IMG/VR virus record: IMGVR_UViG_3300043568_000719
Span: 1 to 56,962 of that record
Source of the DNA: a virus
Taxonomy: Duplodnaviria; Caudoviricetes
DNA length: 56,962 nt
Reading direction: 5' to 3' (one strand)
Shown piece after piece: positions 1 to 7,366 of this stretch; position 1 is the stretch's first letter, and each line of letters starts with the position of its first letter. The translations under genes and the position numbers were made by a program. The notes under the pieces are model-generated. The model was given only the letters and a program-made list of their open reading frames with translations, was not told the origin of the DNA and searched no databases.

Positions 1-2
1 AT

Positions 3-476
3 TTTAATCTTGAACGTGTAAAACCTAAAGACAATGACTATTTAGATAAAACTCCTGCTAAGAATTCACCAGACCTAAGTAATTTTAGTACATCGTATCT
101 GCAAAAAGTTGCAGCAGGCGAGCATCCGAGACCTATGGTCGATAAAGACGATGCTAAAAAAGAATTAGCTAAAAGACGTAATGAAAGTGTTTCAGAAGCA
201 CCTATCGAGATGGATCCAGCAGATCCAATGGATCCAATGATTCACAGTCATGATAAAGCCAATCCTGCTAAATTAAAGTATCGCATGCTACGTGCGGCCG
301 GACAACTAAAAGATCTAGCCAGTCGAGCTGAGAATGCCAGTCCGGGCGAGTGGCAACTAATGGCTCGTCAGTTTGACGAACTAAAAATGAATATGGAACA
401 GATTCGCCACGCTCTAGAAGAACTAGGTAAAATAAAAAGCAAAGGTGGCATTAGGTCAAGAGGTATCACTGTATGA
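3..476 (+). CDS. Hypothetical charged protein, 5'-truncated; possible virion/head internal protein
   Basis: The frame of ORF 135..476 stays open back to position 3 (FNLERVKPKDND...), so the true start is outside the window; ends in TGA overlapping the next ATG. Confidence 0.75.
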   Translation, partial: FNLERVKPKDNDYLDKTPAKNSPDLSNFSTSYLQKVAAGEHPRPMVDKDDAKKELAKRRNESVSEAPIEMDPADPMDPMIHSHDKANPAKLKYRMLRAAGQLKDLASRAENASPGEWQLMARQFDELKMNMEQIRHALEELGKIKSKGGIRSRGITV

Positions 477-649
477 GAGCAAAAGATTTTGTACCGCCTA
501 GTAAACCTCGTAATTTTGTAGCCAAGAATCAAAAGACTGCAGGTGCTGGCGCACACAAAGATAAAAAACGTGCAGAGAAACAAGGCAATGTCAAGCACAA
601 GCAGAAACAGTTTGAAGAAGATGTAGAGCAAGATACTAATTCAAAATAA
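473..649 (+). CDS. Small basic protein, 58 aa (MRAKDFVPPSKPRNFVAKNQKTAGAGAHKDKK...), absent from the ORF track
   Basis: ATGA overlap with the upstream stop, TAA at 647-649; fills the gap exactly; N-terminus resembles the neighbour MRASEFV. Confidence 0.75.
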   Translation: MRAKDFVPPSKPRNFVAKNQKTAGAGAHKDKKRAEKQGNVKHKQKQFEEDVEQDTNSK

Positions 650-657
650 AAAATATC

Positions 658-864
658 ATGGACGAATTAGACGAAATTAAAAAACTTGCAGGTATTAACG
701 AATTTCGAGGCTATCAGCCGTATGGTGGCAGCAACATAAGTATTACCGGAAATGAAAAAGGTGAACTTATGAAAAAACATAATATTAAACCAGGCACTGA
801 TGAATGGTTTCAACTGTGGTTTAGTAAACCATACTTAACTGGTGAAAAACCTGTAGGAAAGTAA
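658..864 (+). CDS. Hypothetical protein, 68 aa
   Basis: Tightly packed ORF; N-terminal [13 protein letters not shown] amphipathic motif. Confidence 0.75.
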   Translation: MDELDEIKKLAGINEFRGYQPYGGSNISITGNEKGELMKKHNIKPGTDEWFQLWFSKPYLTGEKPVGK

Positions 865-866
865 AA

Positions 867-1193
867 ATGGTCGAGATAACAGAATCAGCAAAATCTAAAA
901 TAATGGATCTATTGCTAGAAGAGAATAATCCCAAGCTGGCATTACGCACATTTGTACAAGGTGGCGGGTGCAGTGGTTTCAGCTATGGCTTTACCTTCGA
1001 CGAAACAAAGAACGAAGACGATTTTGAATTTCCTATCAACGAACAATACAATGTGTTTGTCGATGCAATGAGCATGCAGTATCTACAAGGTGCTGTTATT
1101 GATTACAAAGAAGAAGCAATGGGCAGTCAGTTTGTTATTACTAATCCTAATGCACAATCAACCTGCGGCTGCGGCAGTAGCTTTTCAGTATGA
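867..1193 (+). CDS. erpA: A-type iron-sulfur cluster carrier (ErpA/IscA/HesB family)
   Basis: GGGCSG motif, C-terminal [30 protein letters not shown]; 108 aa. Confidence 0.93.
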   Translation: MVEITESAKSKIMDLLLEENNPKLALRTFVQGGGCSGFSYGFTFDETKNEDDFEFPINEQYNVFVDAMSMQYLQGAVIDYKEEAMGSQFVITNPNAQSTCGCGSSFSV

Positions 1194-1267
1194 ACCCAAA
1201 CAATTACCCAGTATATCCAGAGGACGACGGTTATGACACTCCAAAAAACCCTTACAGCCCTGTGTAA
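1190..1267 (+). CDS. Possible 25-aa Pro/Tyr-rich peptide ([25 protein letters not shown])
   Basis: ATGA overlap with the erpA stop; TAA at 1265-1267. Confidence 0.45.
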   Translation: MNPNNYPVYPEDDGYDTPKNPYSPV

Positions 1268-1412
1268 TAAATTTATCACAGGTTTGGCCATTTATGGCAT
1301 CAGCATGAGCCTAGCCTATGCTGGTTACATCGGACAAGACATTAATCCACAATATGATTGGTGTGACCCGAGGTTCTGTTGTCCTCCAGGAAATTTAGAT
1401 GAGAGCAAGTGA
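1233..1412 (+). CDS. Possible 59-aa membrane/secreted peptide with Cys-rich tail (WCDPRFCCPP)
   Basis: ATG at 1233 after AGGACGACGG; hydrophobic stretch FITGLAIYGISMSLAYA; fills the gap to the next gene. Confidence 0.5.
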   Translation: MTLQKTLTALCNKFITGLAIYGISMSLAYAGYIGQDINPQYDWCDPRFCCPPGNLDESK

Positions 1413-1740
1413 ATTTGTTGTAGAAAAACGCCGCAAGCGTAAGCCTCGGTGGGCTGCTTATGGCCCAGGGCCGTATGGCGGTTACGGGTATGCTACTGGA
1501 TACAGTGGCGATGGCGGCAGCAGTGGTGGTGACGGAGGCGGTGGTGAGAGCATCGAGCATGAAAACTTTGCAGATGGTAAAAAGCCTGGTCGTAAAGGAC
1601 TTGCTAAACGCAGTGGAGTCAATACCAAAGCCAGTGTTAGCAGCCTAAGAAAAACAGCTAAAAATTCATCAGGTGAAAAAGCTCGCATGGCGCACTGGCT
1701 GGCTAACATGAAAGCAGGCCGTGCTAAGAAGAATAAATAA
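1399..1740 (+). CDS. Basic Gly/Tyr-rich protein; putative head internal protein
   Basis: MRASEFVVE N-terminus, low-complexity GY/GG linker, Lys/Arg-rich C-terminal module. Confidence 0.75.
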   Translation: MRASEFVVEKRRKRKPRWAAYGPGPYGGYGYATGYSGDGGSSGGDGGGGESIEHENFADGKKPGRKGLAKRSGVNTKASVSSLRKTAKNSSGEKARMAHWLANMKAGRAKKNK

Positions 1741-1744
1741 CAGT

Positions 1745-1930
1745 ATGAAAATATCAGAAATTTTAGAATCAGCAACAGCAGGCGCTACCAGTGCTGGTAA
1801 CGTAGCTATAGGTGCTGTATACAAAAATAAACCCGGAAAAACGGCAAAAAACAAAGACGGAACTGCCAAAAACGCATTAGATCTTAAAGGAACTAATCTG
1901 TTAACTGGTGGGTCTTTGGTAAAAAGATAA
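1745..1930 (+). CDS. Small basic protein (MKISEILE...); putative head internal protein
   Basis: In-frame ATG at 1745 just after the upstream stop and a TAAATA motif; preferred over the 1721 start. Confidence 0.75.
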   Translation: MKISEILESATAGATSAGNVAIGAVYKNKPGKTAKNKDGTAKNALDLKGTNLLTGGSLVKR

Positions 1931-1959
1931 ATACATAATACACTTTTAGGAATGTGAAC

Positions 1960-2826
1960 ATGGACTTCAAATCGTTAATCAGCAAAATAGAAAGCATCGA
2001 CGGCAAAATCGATACTCCAAAAGCACCACAGCTACCCAAGTCTGTGCAATTGAATGAAGACGCACAACTGCGTGTTCTAAGCGGCCGTACTACTTACGTT
2101 GCTGAAGCTAAAAAGAAAGCTGAAGAAGACGTTAAAGAAGCCGACGACATGAAAGTAGGCGATAAGAAAAACATCGCTACTGGCACTGTTGAAAAAACAA
2201 AAACAGGCATTGTTCACAAGAGCAGCAAGGCCTATGGCGGCAGTGAAGAAAAAGAAGCTGATGAAGATGACAAGCCAAAGAAAAAAGCCAAGAAAGAAAG
2301 TGTAGAACCTCAGTTTAAAAGCAAGTTCATGAAAATGGTCGAAGCCAAGAAAGAAGAAGCTGCTGATAAGAAAAAGAAAATGGCTAAGAAAGAAAAGATG
2401 GCAGAAGGATCTAAGCCAGACTTCTTAGACGTTGACAAAGACGGCGACAAGAAAGAGCCAATGAAAAAAGCTGCTGCTGACAAAGGCGATGACAAGCCAG
2501 CTGGCAAGAAAGGCATGAGCGACAAGCAGGCCAAATATTTTGGTAAGAAAACTGAAAGCGCAATGATGCCTAAAGGCAAAAAGCGTCCAGTTAAAGAAAG
2601 TGTAGAAACAAAATTATCTTTCAAACAAATGGTACAGTTGGTACAAGAAAGTGGTGGTCAACAACAGATTGATCCTGTAGACAAAGCTCTGTTTACCTGG
2701 GCCGAGCGTGTGGCCAAGAACAAACTAGGCGAAGGTATGAAAGCTGATCTGTACGCAGGTCTAGTATACGAACGCAACGGCGGTGTATTTGAAATGTACG
2801 ATGTACTATCAGAAGACCAAAAATAA
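1960..2826 (+). CDS. Highly charged Lys/Glu-rich protein; putative head/scaffold-like internal protein
   Basis: AGGA SD before ATG 1960; repeated hydrophobic-x-E sites; DVDKDGD motif. Confidence 0.8.
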   Translation: MDFKSLISKIESIDGKIDTPKAPQLPKSVQLNEDAQLRVLSGRTTYVAEAKKKAEEDVKEADDMKVGDKKNIATGTVEKTKTGIVHKSSKAYGGSEEKEADEDDKPKKKAKKESVEPQFKSKFMKMVEAKKEEAADKKKKMAKKEKMAEGSKPDFLDVDKDGDKKEPMKKAAADKGDDKPAGKKGMSDKQAKYFGKKTESAMMPKGKKRPVKESVETKLSFKQMVQLVQESGGQQQIDPVDKALFTWAERVAKNKLGEGMKADLYAGLVYERNGGVFEMYDVLSEDQK

Positions 2827-2843
2827 TTTTTAGTTTGGTAAAC

Positions 2844-2875
2844 AAAAGCCAGTCATAGGTTGACTGGCTTTTTTT
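2844..2875 (+). terminator. Rho-independent terminator, potentially bidirectional
   Basis: AAAAGCCAGTCA-taggt-TGACTGGCTTTT inverted repeat running into a T-tract, just after the 2826 stop. Confidence 0.88.
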
Positions 2876-2888
2876 ATGACTATATAAT
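2860..2888 (+). promoter_or_regulatory. Sigma70-type promoter overlapping the terminator
   Basis: TTGACT (2860-2865), 17-nt spacer, TATAAT (2883-2888). Confidence 0.8.
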
Positions 2889-2908
2889 AGTTGTATAGGA
2901 GAGAACAA

Positions 2909-3169
2909 ATGACAAAAATGTACGGGCCAGAAGAAAAAGCCAAATTAGAAAGATTGATCAATGAAGGATCAAATGTTCTACGAGAAGTCGAAGACCTGCA
3001 AGAGGGTCTCAAAGAAACTGTGAATGCTGTTGCAGAAGAATTACAGATCAAACCCAGTTGGATCAACAAAGCAATACGCATTGCACACAAAGACAATTGG
3101 AAAGATCACGAAGCTGAATGGAACGAGATCGAAATGATCCTCGGCGTAACAAAAAAACTGCCTGAATGA
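2909..3169 (+). CDS. T4 DsbA-like double-stranded DNA-binding protein
   Basis: AGGAG SD; 86-aa helical protein with AEELQIKPSWINKAIRIAHKDNWKDHEAE, resembling the T4 dsDNA-binding protein DsbA/GapR-like family. Confidence 0.6.
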   Translation: MTKMYGPEEKAKLERLINEGSNVLREVEDLQEGLKETVNAVAEELQIKPSWINKAIRIAHKDNWKDHEAEWNEIEMILGVTKKLPE

Positions 3170-3456
3170 ATGAACTATTAAAACCTACGTTTGATTGGAT
3201 TAGGGATGATTGGAATTCTCATCCCTTACGGTTTTTTATTGAGTTACTCGCTTGGGCTATTAGTATTGGTTGTTCAATCACTATGGCTGTCACGGTTCCC
3301 AATCCGCCATTACTTGCTCTATATCCTGTTTGGATCGCTGGCTGTGCCATGTATGCTTGGGCTGCTTATACTCGGAAATCATTTGGCATGCTGGCTAACT
3401 ATATCTTGCTAACCGCAATTGATACGTTTGGCCTAGCAAGAATGCTAATTAATTAA
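3166..3456 (+). CDS. Small membrane protein (about 3 TM helices)
   Basis: Three hydrophobic segments; ATGA overlap. Confidence 0.8.
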   Translation: MNELLKPTFDWIRDDWNSHPLRFFIELLAWAISIGCSITMAVTVPNPPLLALYPVWIAGCAMYAWAAYTRKSFGMLANYILLTAIDTFGLARMLIN

Positions 3457-3458
3457 AT

Positions 3459-3524
3459 AATGTGAGAAGGTAGGCGGGCCATAAACCGCACATTGGTATT
3501 TGCAAGCCTAAAATTGCATAGGAG
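3459..3524 (+). promoter_or_regulatory. Structured 5' leader of the DNA polymerase gene; putative translational operator
   Basis: TGCAA-GCCTAAAA-TTGCA hairpin (3501-3518) directly before the AGGAG SD, plus an upstream bulged stem. Confidence 0.5.
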
Positions 3525-3530
3525 AAAAAA

Positions 3531-6200
3531 ATGAGTTTCGTGGACGCATACTACGATCGCGACAATGACACTATCCGTGTCGTTGAACGTGACGACAAAG
3601 GGCAGAGGCATTTCAAAGACTATCCTGCCAGACATATATTCTATTACAACGATCCCAAAGGCAAGTTCCAATCTATCAAAGGTGAACCCCTTAGTCGAGT
3701 AAGTTCAAAGAATGTTAAAGAACATCGCAAAGAACTTGCTATACATTCAAACAAAAGACTCTACGAGTCAGACATTAATCCTATCTATAGATGTCTTGAA
3801 GACCATTATCTCAATCAAGATGCTCCAAAACTAAATGTAGCATTTTTCGACATTGAGGTAGACTTCGATCCAGAACGTGGTTATGCATCACCAGACGATG
3901 CGTTCATGCCAATCACCGCCATTGCTGTGTATCTACAATGGATGGAGACCATGGTATGTTTGGCTATTCCCCCTAAGACTCTGAATATGGAAGAAGCAAC
4001 TAAAGCAGTCGCAGAATTCCCCAACGTCATGCTGTTTGACAACGAAGCAGACATGTTGAATACTTTCTTGGATCTAATACAGGAGGCGGATGTGCTGAGT
4101 GGCTGGAATTCGGAAGGCTTTGATATTCCGTATACCGTTAATCGTGTTACTAAGGTTCTCAGCAAAGAAGATACCAAACGATTTTGTCTATGGAACTGTT
4201 TGCCTAAGAAACGCGAATATGAAAAGTTCGGTAAAACTGCCACCACATATGACTTCATCGGTCGTGTGCATATAGACAGTCTTGAGCTGTATCGCAAGTA
4301 CACTTATGAAGAACGCCATACATATCGATTAGATGCCATTGCTGAATATGAACTAGGTCAAAGAAAGACCCAATACGAAGGCACACTAGATCAATTGTAC
4401 AACAACGATTTTAAAACATTCATTGAATACAACATCAATGACTGTAAACTGTTGGATGATCTAGATAAGAAACTGAAATTCATCGATTTGGCTAATACAA
4501 TTGCACACGAAAACACAGTGTTGTTAGCAACCACTATGGGTGCAGTGGCTGTGACTGAACAAGCTATTATCAACGAAGCTCACCGCAGAGGTATGATAGT
4601 TCCTAATCGTAAAAAGATGGAAGAGCACGGAGACACACAGGCTGCTGGTGCTTACGTTGCATATCCTAAGAAAGGCATTCATGAGTGGATCGGTTCGCTG
4701 GATATTAACTCACTGTATCCTTCAGCGATTCGTGCGTTGAACATGGGTCCGGAAACCATTGTAGGGCAGTTGCGACAAGATGGAACCAAGGATTTTATTG
4801 CAGCAGAAATGTCCAAAGGCAAATCTTTTGCGTCAGCTTGGGAAGGTATATTTGGTAGTCTCGAGTATTCCGCAGTTATGAACAAAGAAGTAGGTAGAGA
4901 AATCAACATCGACTGGGAAGGCGGCGGTTCTGACACTTTAAGTGCGGCACAGGCCTATGATCTTATATTTGACAGCAACCAACCTTGGATGATCTCAGCT
5001 AATGGCACTATCTTCACATATGAAACAGAGGGAGTGATTTCAGGACTGCTGGCTCGTTGGTACAAAGAACGTAAGGAAATGCAGGCCAAGCTGAGAGAAT
5101 GTATCCAAGCTGGCAACAAGATTGAAGAAGAATACTGGGACAAGCGACAGTTGGTCAAGAAGATTCTGTTAAACAGTCTATATGGTGCGATTTTAAATCC
5201 GGGCTGTAGATTCTTTGATAACAGAATTGGTCAGTCAACTACACTAACTGGTCGACAAATTGCCAAACACATGGCATCAAAAGTTAACGAAATTATCACC
5301 GGAGAGTATGACCACGTAGGCAAAGCGGTCATATACGGTGACACAGACTCTTGTTATTTTTCAGCGTATGCTACACTGAAAAAAGACATTGAGAAAGGCC
5401 TGATTCCTTGGAACAGAGAATCAGTTGTTGAACTTTATGATACCATAGGAGATACAGTCAATGGCACATTTGTCAAATTCATGCAAGATGCATTCCACGT
5501 CCCCCGAGCTAGAGCCGAGGTCATCAAAGCAGGTCGCGAAATTGTTGCAAGCAAGGGACTGTTCATTACCAAAAAACGATATGCAGTGCTCTACTACGAC
5601 AAAGAAGGCAAACGAGCAGACACAGAAGGCAAACCAGGAAAAATTAAAGCGATGGGGCTTGATCTCAAGCGTTCAGATACCCCGGTTGTTATACAAGACT
5701 TCTTAAGTGAAGTGTTGACTAAGACACTAACTGGCGTGACCAAAGAAGAGATCCTGCAGTATATCACTGATTTCCGCACAGAGTTTAAAACTCGACCGGG
5801 TTGGGAGAAAGGTAGTCCCAAACGTGCTAACAATATTACAGAATACGCTGCCAAAGAAAAGAAGGCAGGCAAGACTAACATGCCCGGACATGTCAGAGCT
5901 TCATTAAATTGGAACACGTTGAAGCGAATGATGGACGACAAGTACTCAATGCAGGTAGTAGATGGCATGAAAGTGATTGTGTGCAAGATCAAAGACAATC
6001 CTATGGGGTATACTTCTGTGGCCTATCCTGTGGACGAACTGAGATTACCGCAGTGGTTCAAAGATCTGCCTTTCAACGATGCTGAAATGGAAACCACAGT
6101 GATCGATGAAAAGTTAGGAAACCTTATTGGTGTATTGGAATGGGACATCAGTTCAACAAGGTCGGATAATACATTTAACAAATTGTTTGATTTTGAGTAA
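3531..6200 (+). CDS. Family B DNA polymerase with 3'-5' exonuclease (T4 gp43-like)
   Basis: ExoI FDIEVD, ExoII GWNSEGFDIPY, ExoIII YNINDC; polymerase motifs SLDINSLYPS, KILLNSLYG, YGDTDS. Confidence 0.97.
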   Translation: MSFVDAYYDRDNDTIRVVERDDKGQRHFKDYPARHIFYYNDPKGKFQSIKGEPLSRVSSKNVKEHRKELAIHSNKRLYESDINPIYRCLEDHYLNQDAPKLNVAFFDIEVDFDPERGYASPDDAFMPITAIAVYLQWMETMVCLAIPPKTLNMEEATKAVAEFPNVMLFDNEADMLNTFLDLIQEADVLSGWNSEGFDIPYTVNRVTKVLSKEDTKRFCLWNCLPKKREYEKFGKTATTYDFIGRVHIDSLELYRKYTYEERHTYRLDAIAEYELGQRKTQYEGTLDQLYNNDFKTFIEYNINDCKLLDDLDKKLKFIDLANTIAHENTVLLATTMGAVAVTEQAIINEAHRRGMIVPNRKKMEEHGDTQAAGAYVAYPKKGIHEWIGSLDINSLYPSAIRALNMGPETIVGQLRQDGTKDFIAAEMSKGKSFASAWEGIFGSLEYSAVMNKEVGREINIDWEGGGSDTLSAAQAYDLIFDSNQPWMISANGTIFTYETEGVISGLLARWYKERKEMQAKLRECIQAGNKIEEEYWDKRQLVKKILLNSLYGAILNPGCRFFDNRIGQSTTLTGRQIAKHMASKVNEIITGEYDHVGKAVIYGDTDSCYFSAYATLKKDIEKGLIPWNRESVVELYDTIGDTVNGTFVKFMQDAFHVPRARAEVIKAGREIVASKGLFITKKRYAVLYYDKEGKRADTEGKPGKIKAMGLDLKRSDTPVVIQDFLSEVLTKTLTGVTKEEILQYITDFRTEFKTRPGWEKGSPKRANNITEYAAKEKKAGKTNMPGHVRASLNWNTLKRMMDDKYSMQVVDGMKVIVCKIKDNPMGYTSVAYPVDELRLPQWFKDLPFNDAEMETTVIDEKLGNLIGVLEWDISSTRSDNTFNKLFDFE

Positions 6201-6208
6201 TTTCTAGG

Positions 6209-6237
6209 TTGCTTTTTACTCAAGATCTAAATATAAT
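6209..6237 (+). promoter_or_regulatory. Sigma70-type promoter with an overlapping TAAATA late-like element
   Basis: TTGCTT (6209-6214), 17 nt, TATAAT (6232-6237); TAAATA at 6228-6233; intergenic. Confidence 0.65.
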
Positions 6238-6260
6238 CTTAATATACAGGAGAATTCTCA

Positions 6261-6998
6261 ATGAAAGATATTTTACAAGACATCGTTAGCCATACGCAGA
6301 ATCTAGGCTTCTTGACCACAGTCAAGGTAACAGGCACAGATAAAGGCACAACTGTTAACTCAATGGCCGATGACCGTTCAGTTATCATGGAGGCAGAAAC
6401 TGCTAATCCATACCCAGATATGATCGGTGTGTTTGGTATGCCGCAACTCAACAAGTTGAAATATCTCTTGGAAGGTGCAGAGTACAAAGAAGGGGCAAAG
6501 ATCAGTATTACCACAGCAGAACGCAATGGTGAAACTTTGCCAGTGGGTCTACACTTTGAAAACAAAGACGGCGACTTTAAAAACGACTATCGCTTTATGA
6601 ATCAAGAAATCATCAATGAAAAGATGAAGACTGTGAAGTTTCGTGGCGTTAAGTGGGATGTTGAAATTGAGCCGTCAGTGACCTCTGTGCTTCGCTTTAA
6701 CTTCCAAGCAGGTGCTAACTCTGAGCATCCTACATTCCTTGCCAAGACAGAAGGCGGCAATCTTAAATTTACGTTCGGTGATGCATCAACACACGGCGGC
6801 GAGTTTGTATTTGCACAGAACGTTGCAGGTAAACTTGATCGTGGTTGGACTTGGCCTGTGTTGCCAATCTTGAGCATTCTTAAGATTGCAGATACCAACA
6901 CCACAAAGATGTCGTTGAGCAATGAAGGTGCTATTCAGATCACTCTAGATAGCGGACTTGCTACTTACAAATATATCATCCCAGCACAAGCTGCCTAA
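6261..6998 (+). CDS. Probable sliding clamp / polymerase processivity factor (gp45-like)
   Basis: 245 aa, directly after the polymerase, alternating beta/alpha pattern, C-terminal YKYIIPA strand; fold call is inference. Confidence 0.55.
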   Translation: MKDILQDIVSHTQNLGFLTTVKVTGTDKGTTVNSMADDRSVIMEAETANPYPDMIGVFGMPQLNKLKYLLEGAEYKEGAKISITTAERNGETLPVGLHFENKDGDFKNDYRFMNQEIINEKMKTVKFRGVKWDVEIEPSVTSVLRFNFQAGANSEHPTFLAKTEGGNLKFTFGDASTHGGEFVFAQNVAGKLDRGWTWPVLPILSILKIADTNTTKMSLSNEGAIQITLDSGLATYKYIIPAQAA

Positions 6999-7000
6999 AT

Positions 7001-7366
7001 ATGATCAAAGGTTTACAAGGCGTAACAGGCATTACGGTTGGTGGCGGAAATACCGCCCTACCATATGTCGGTCCAAACTCAAGCAACCCAATGACTGGGA
7101 TGATGCGTATCCACAACACCGAACTAGAAGTGTTTAACGGATCAAATTGGCAAATGCTATCTACCAGCTATGCCACAGTAGGCCTAGATCAAGATGTGCT
7201 AGACATTATACAATGGGCTCGTAAAAAACGCCAAGAAGAAAATGATTGGTACAAACTTGCTTCATCTAATGAAGCAGTTCGTATCGCATTAGAACAACTA
7301 GAACAGGCAAAAACAAGATTAGAACTTACAGCAATTTTATCGAGAGAATATGAAACAACCAATTGA
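7001..7366 (+). CDS. Hypothetical protein with C-terminal coiled coil
   Basis: Operon-packed ORF, 121 aa. Confidence 0.75.
   Translation: MIKGLQGVTGITVGGGNTALPYVGPNSSNPMTGMMRIHNTELEVFNGSNWQMLSTSYATVGLDQDVLDIIQWARKKRQEENDWYKLASSNEAVRIALEQLEQAKTRLELTAILSREYETTN

Noticed and set aside
3531-6200. Intein or intron in the DNA polymerase
   Set aside because: The 889-aa ORF is continuous, with all motifs normally spaced and no splicing signatures.
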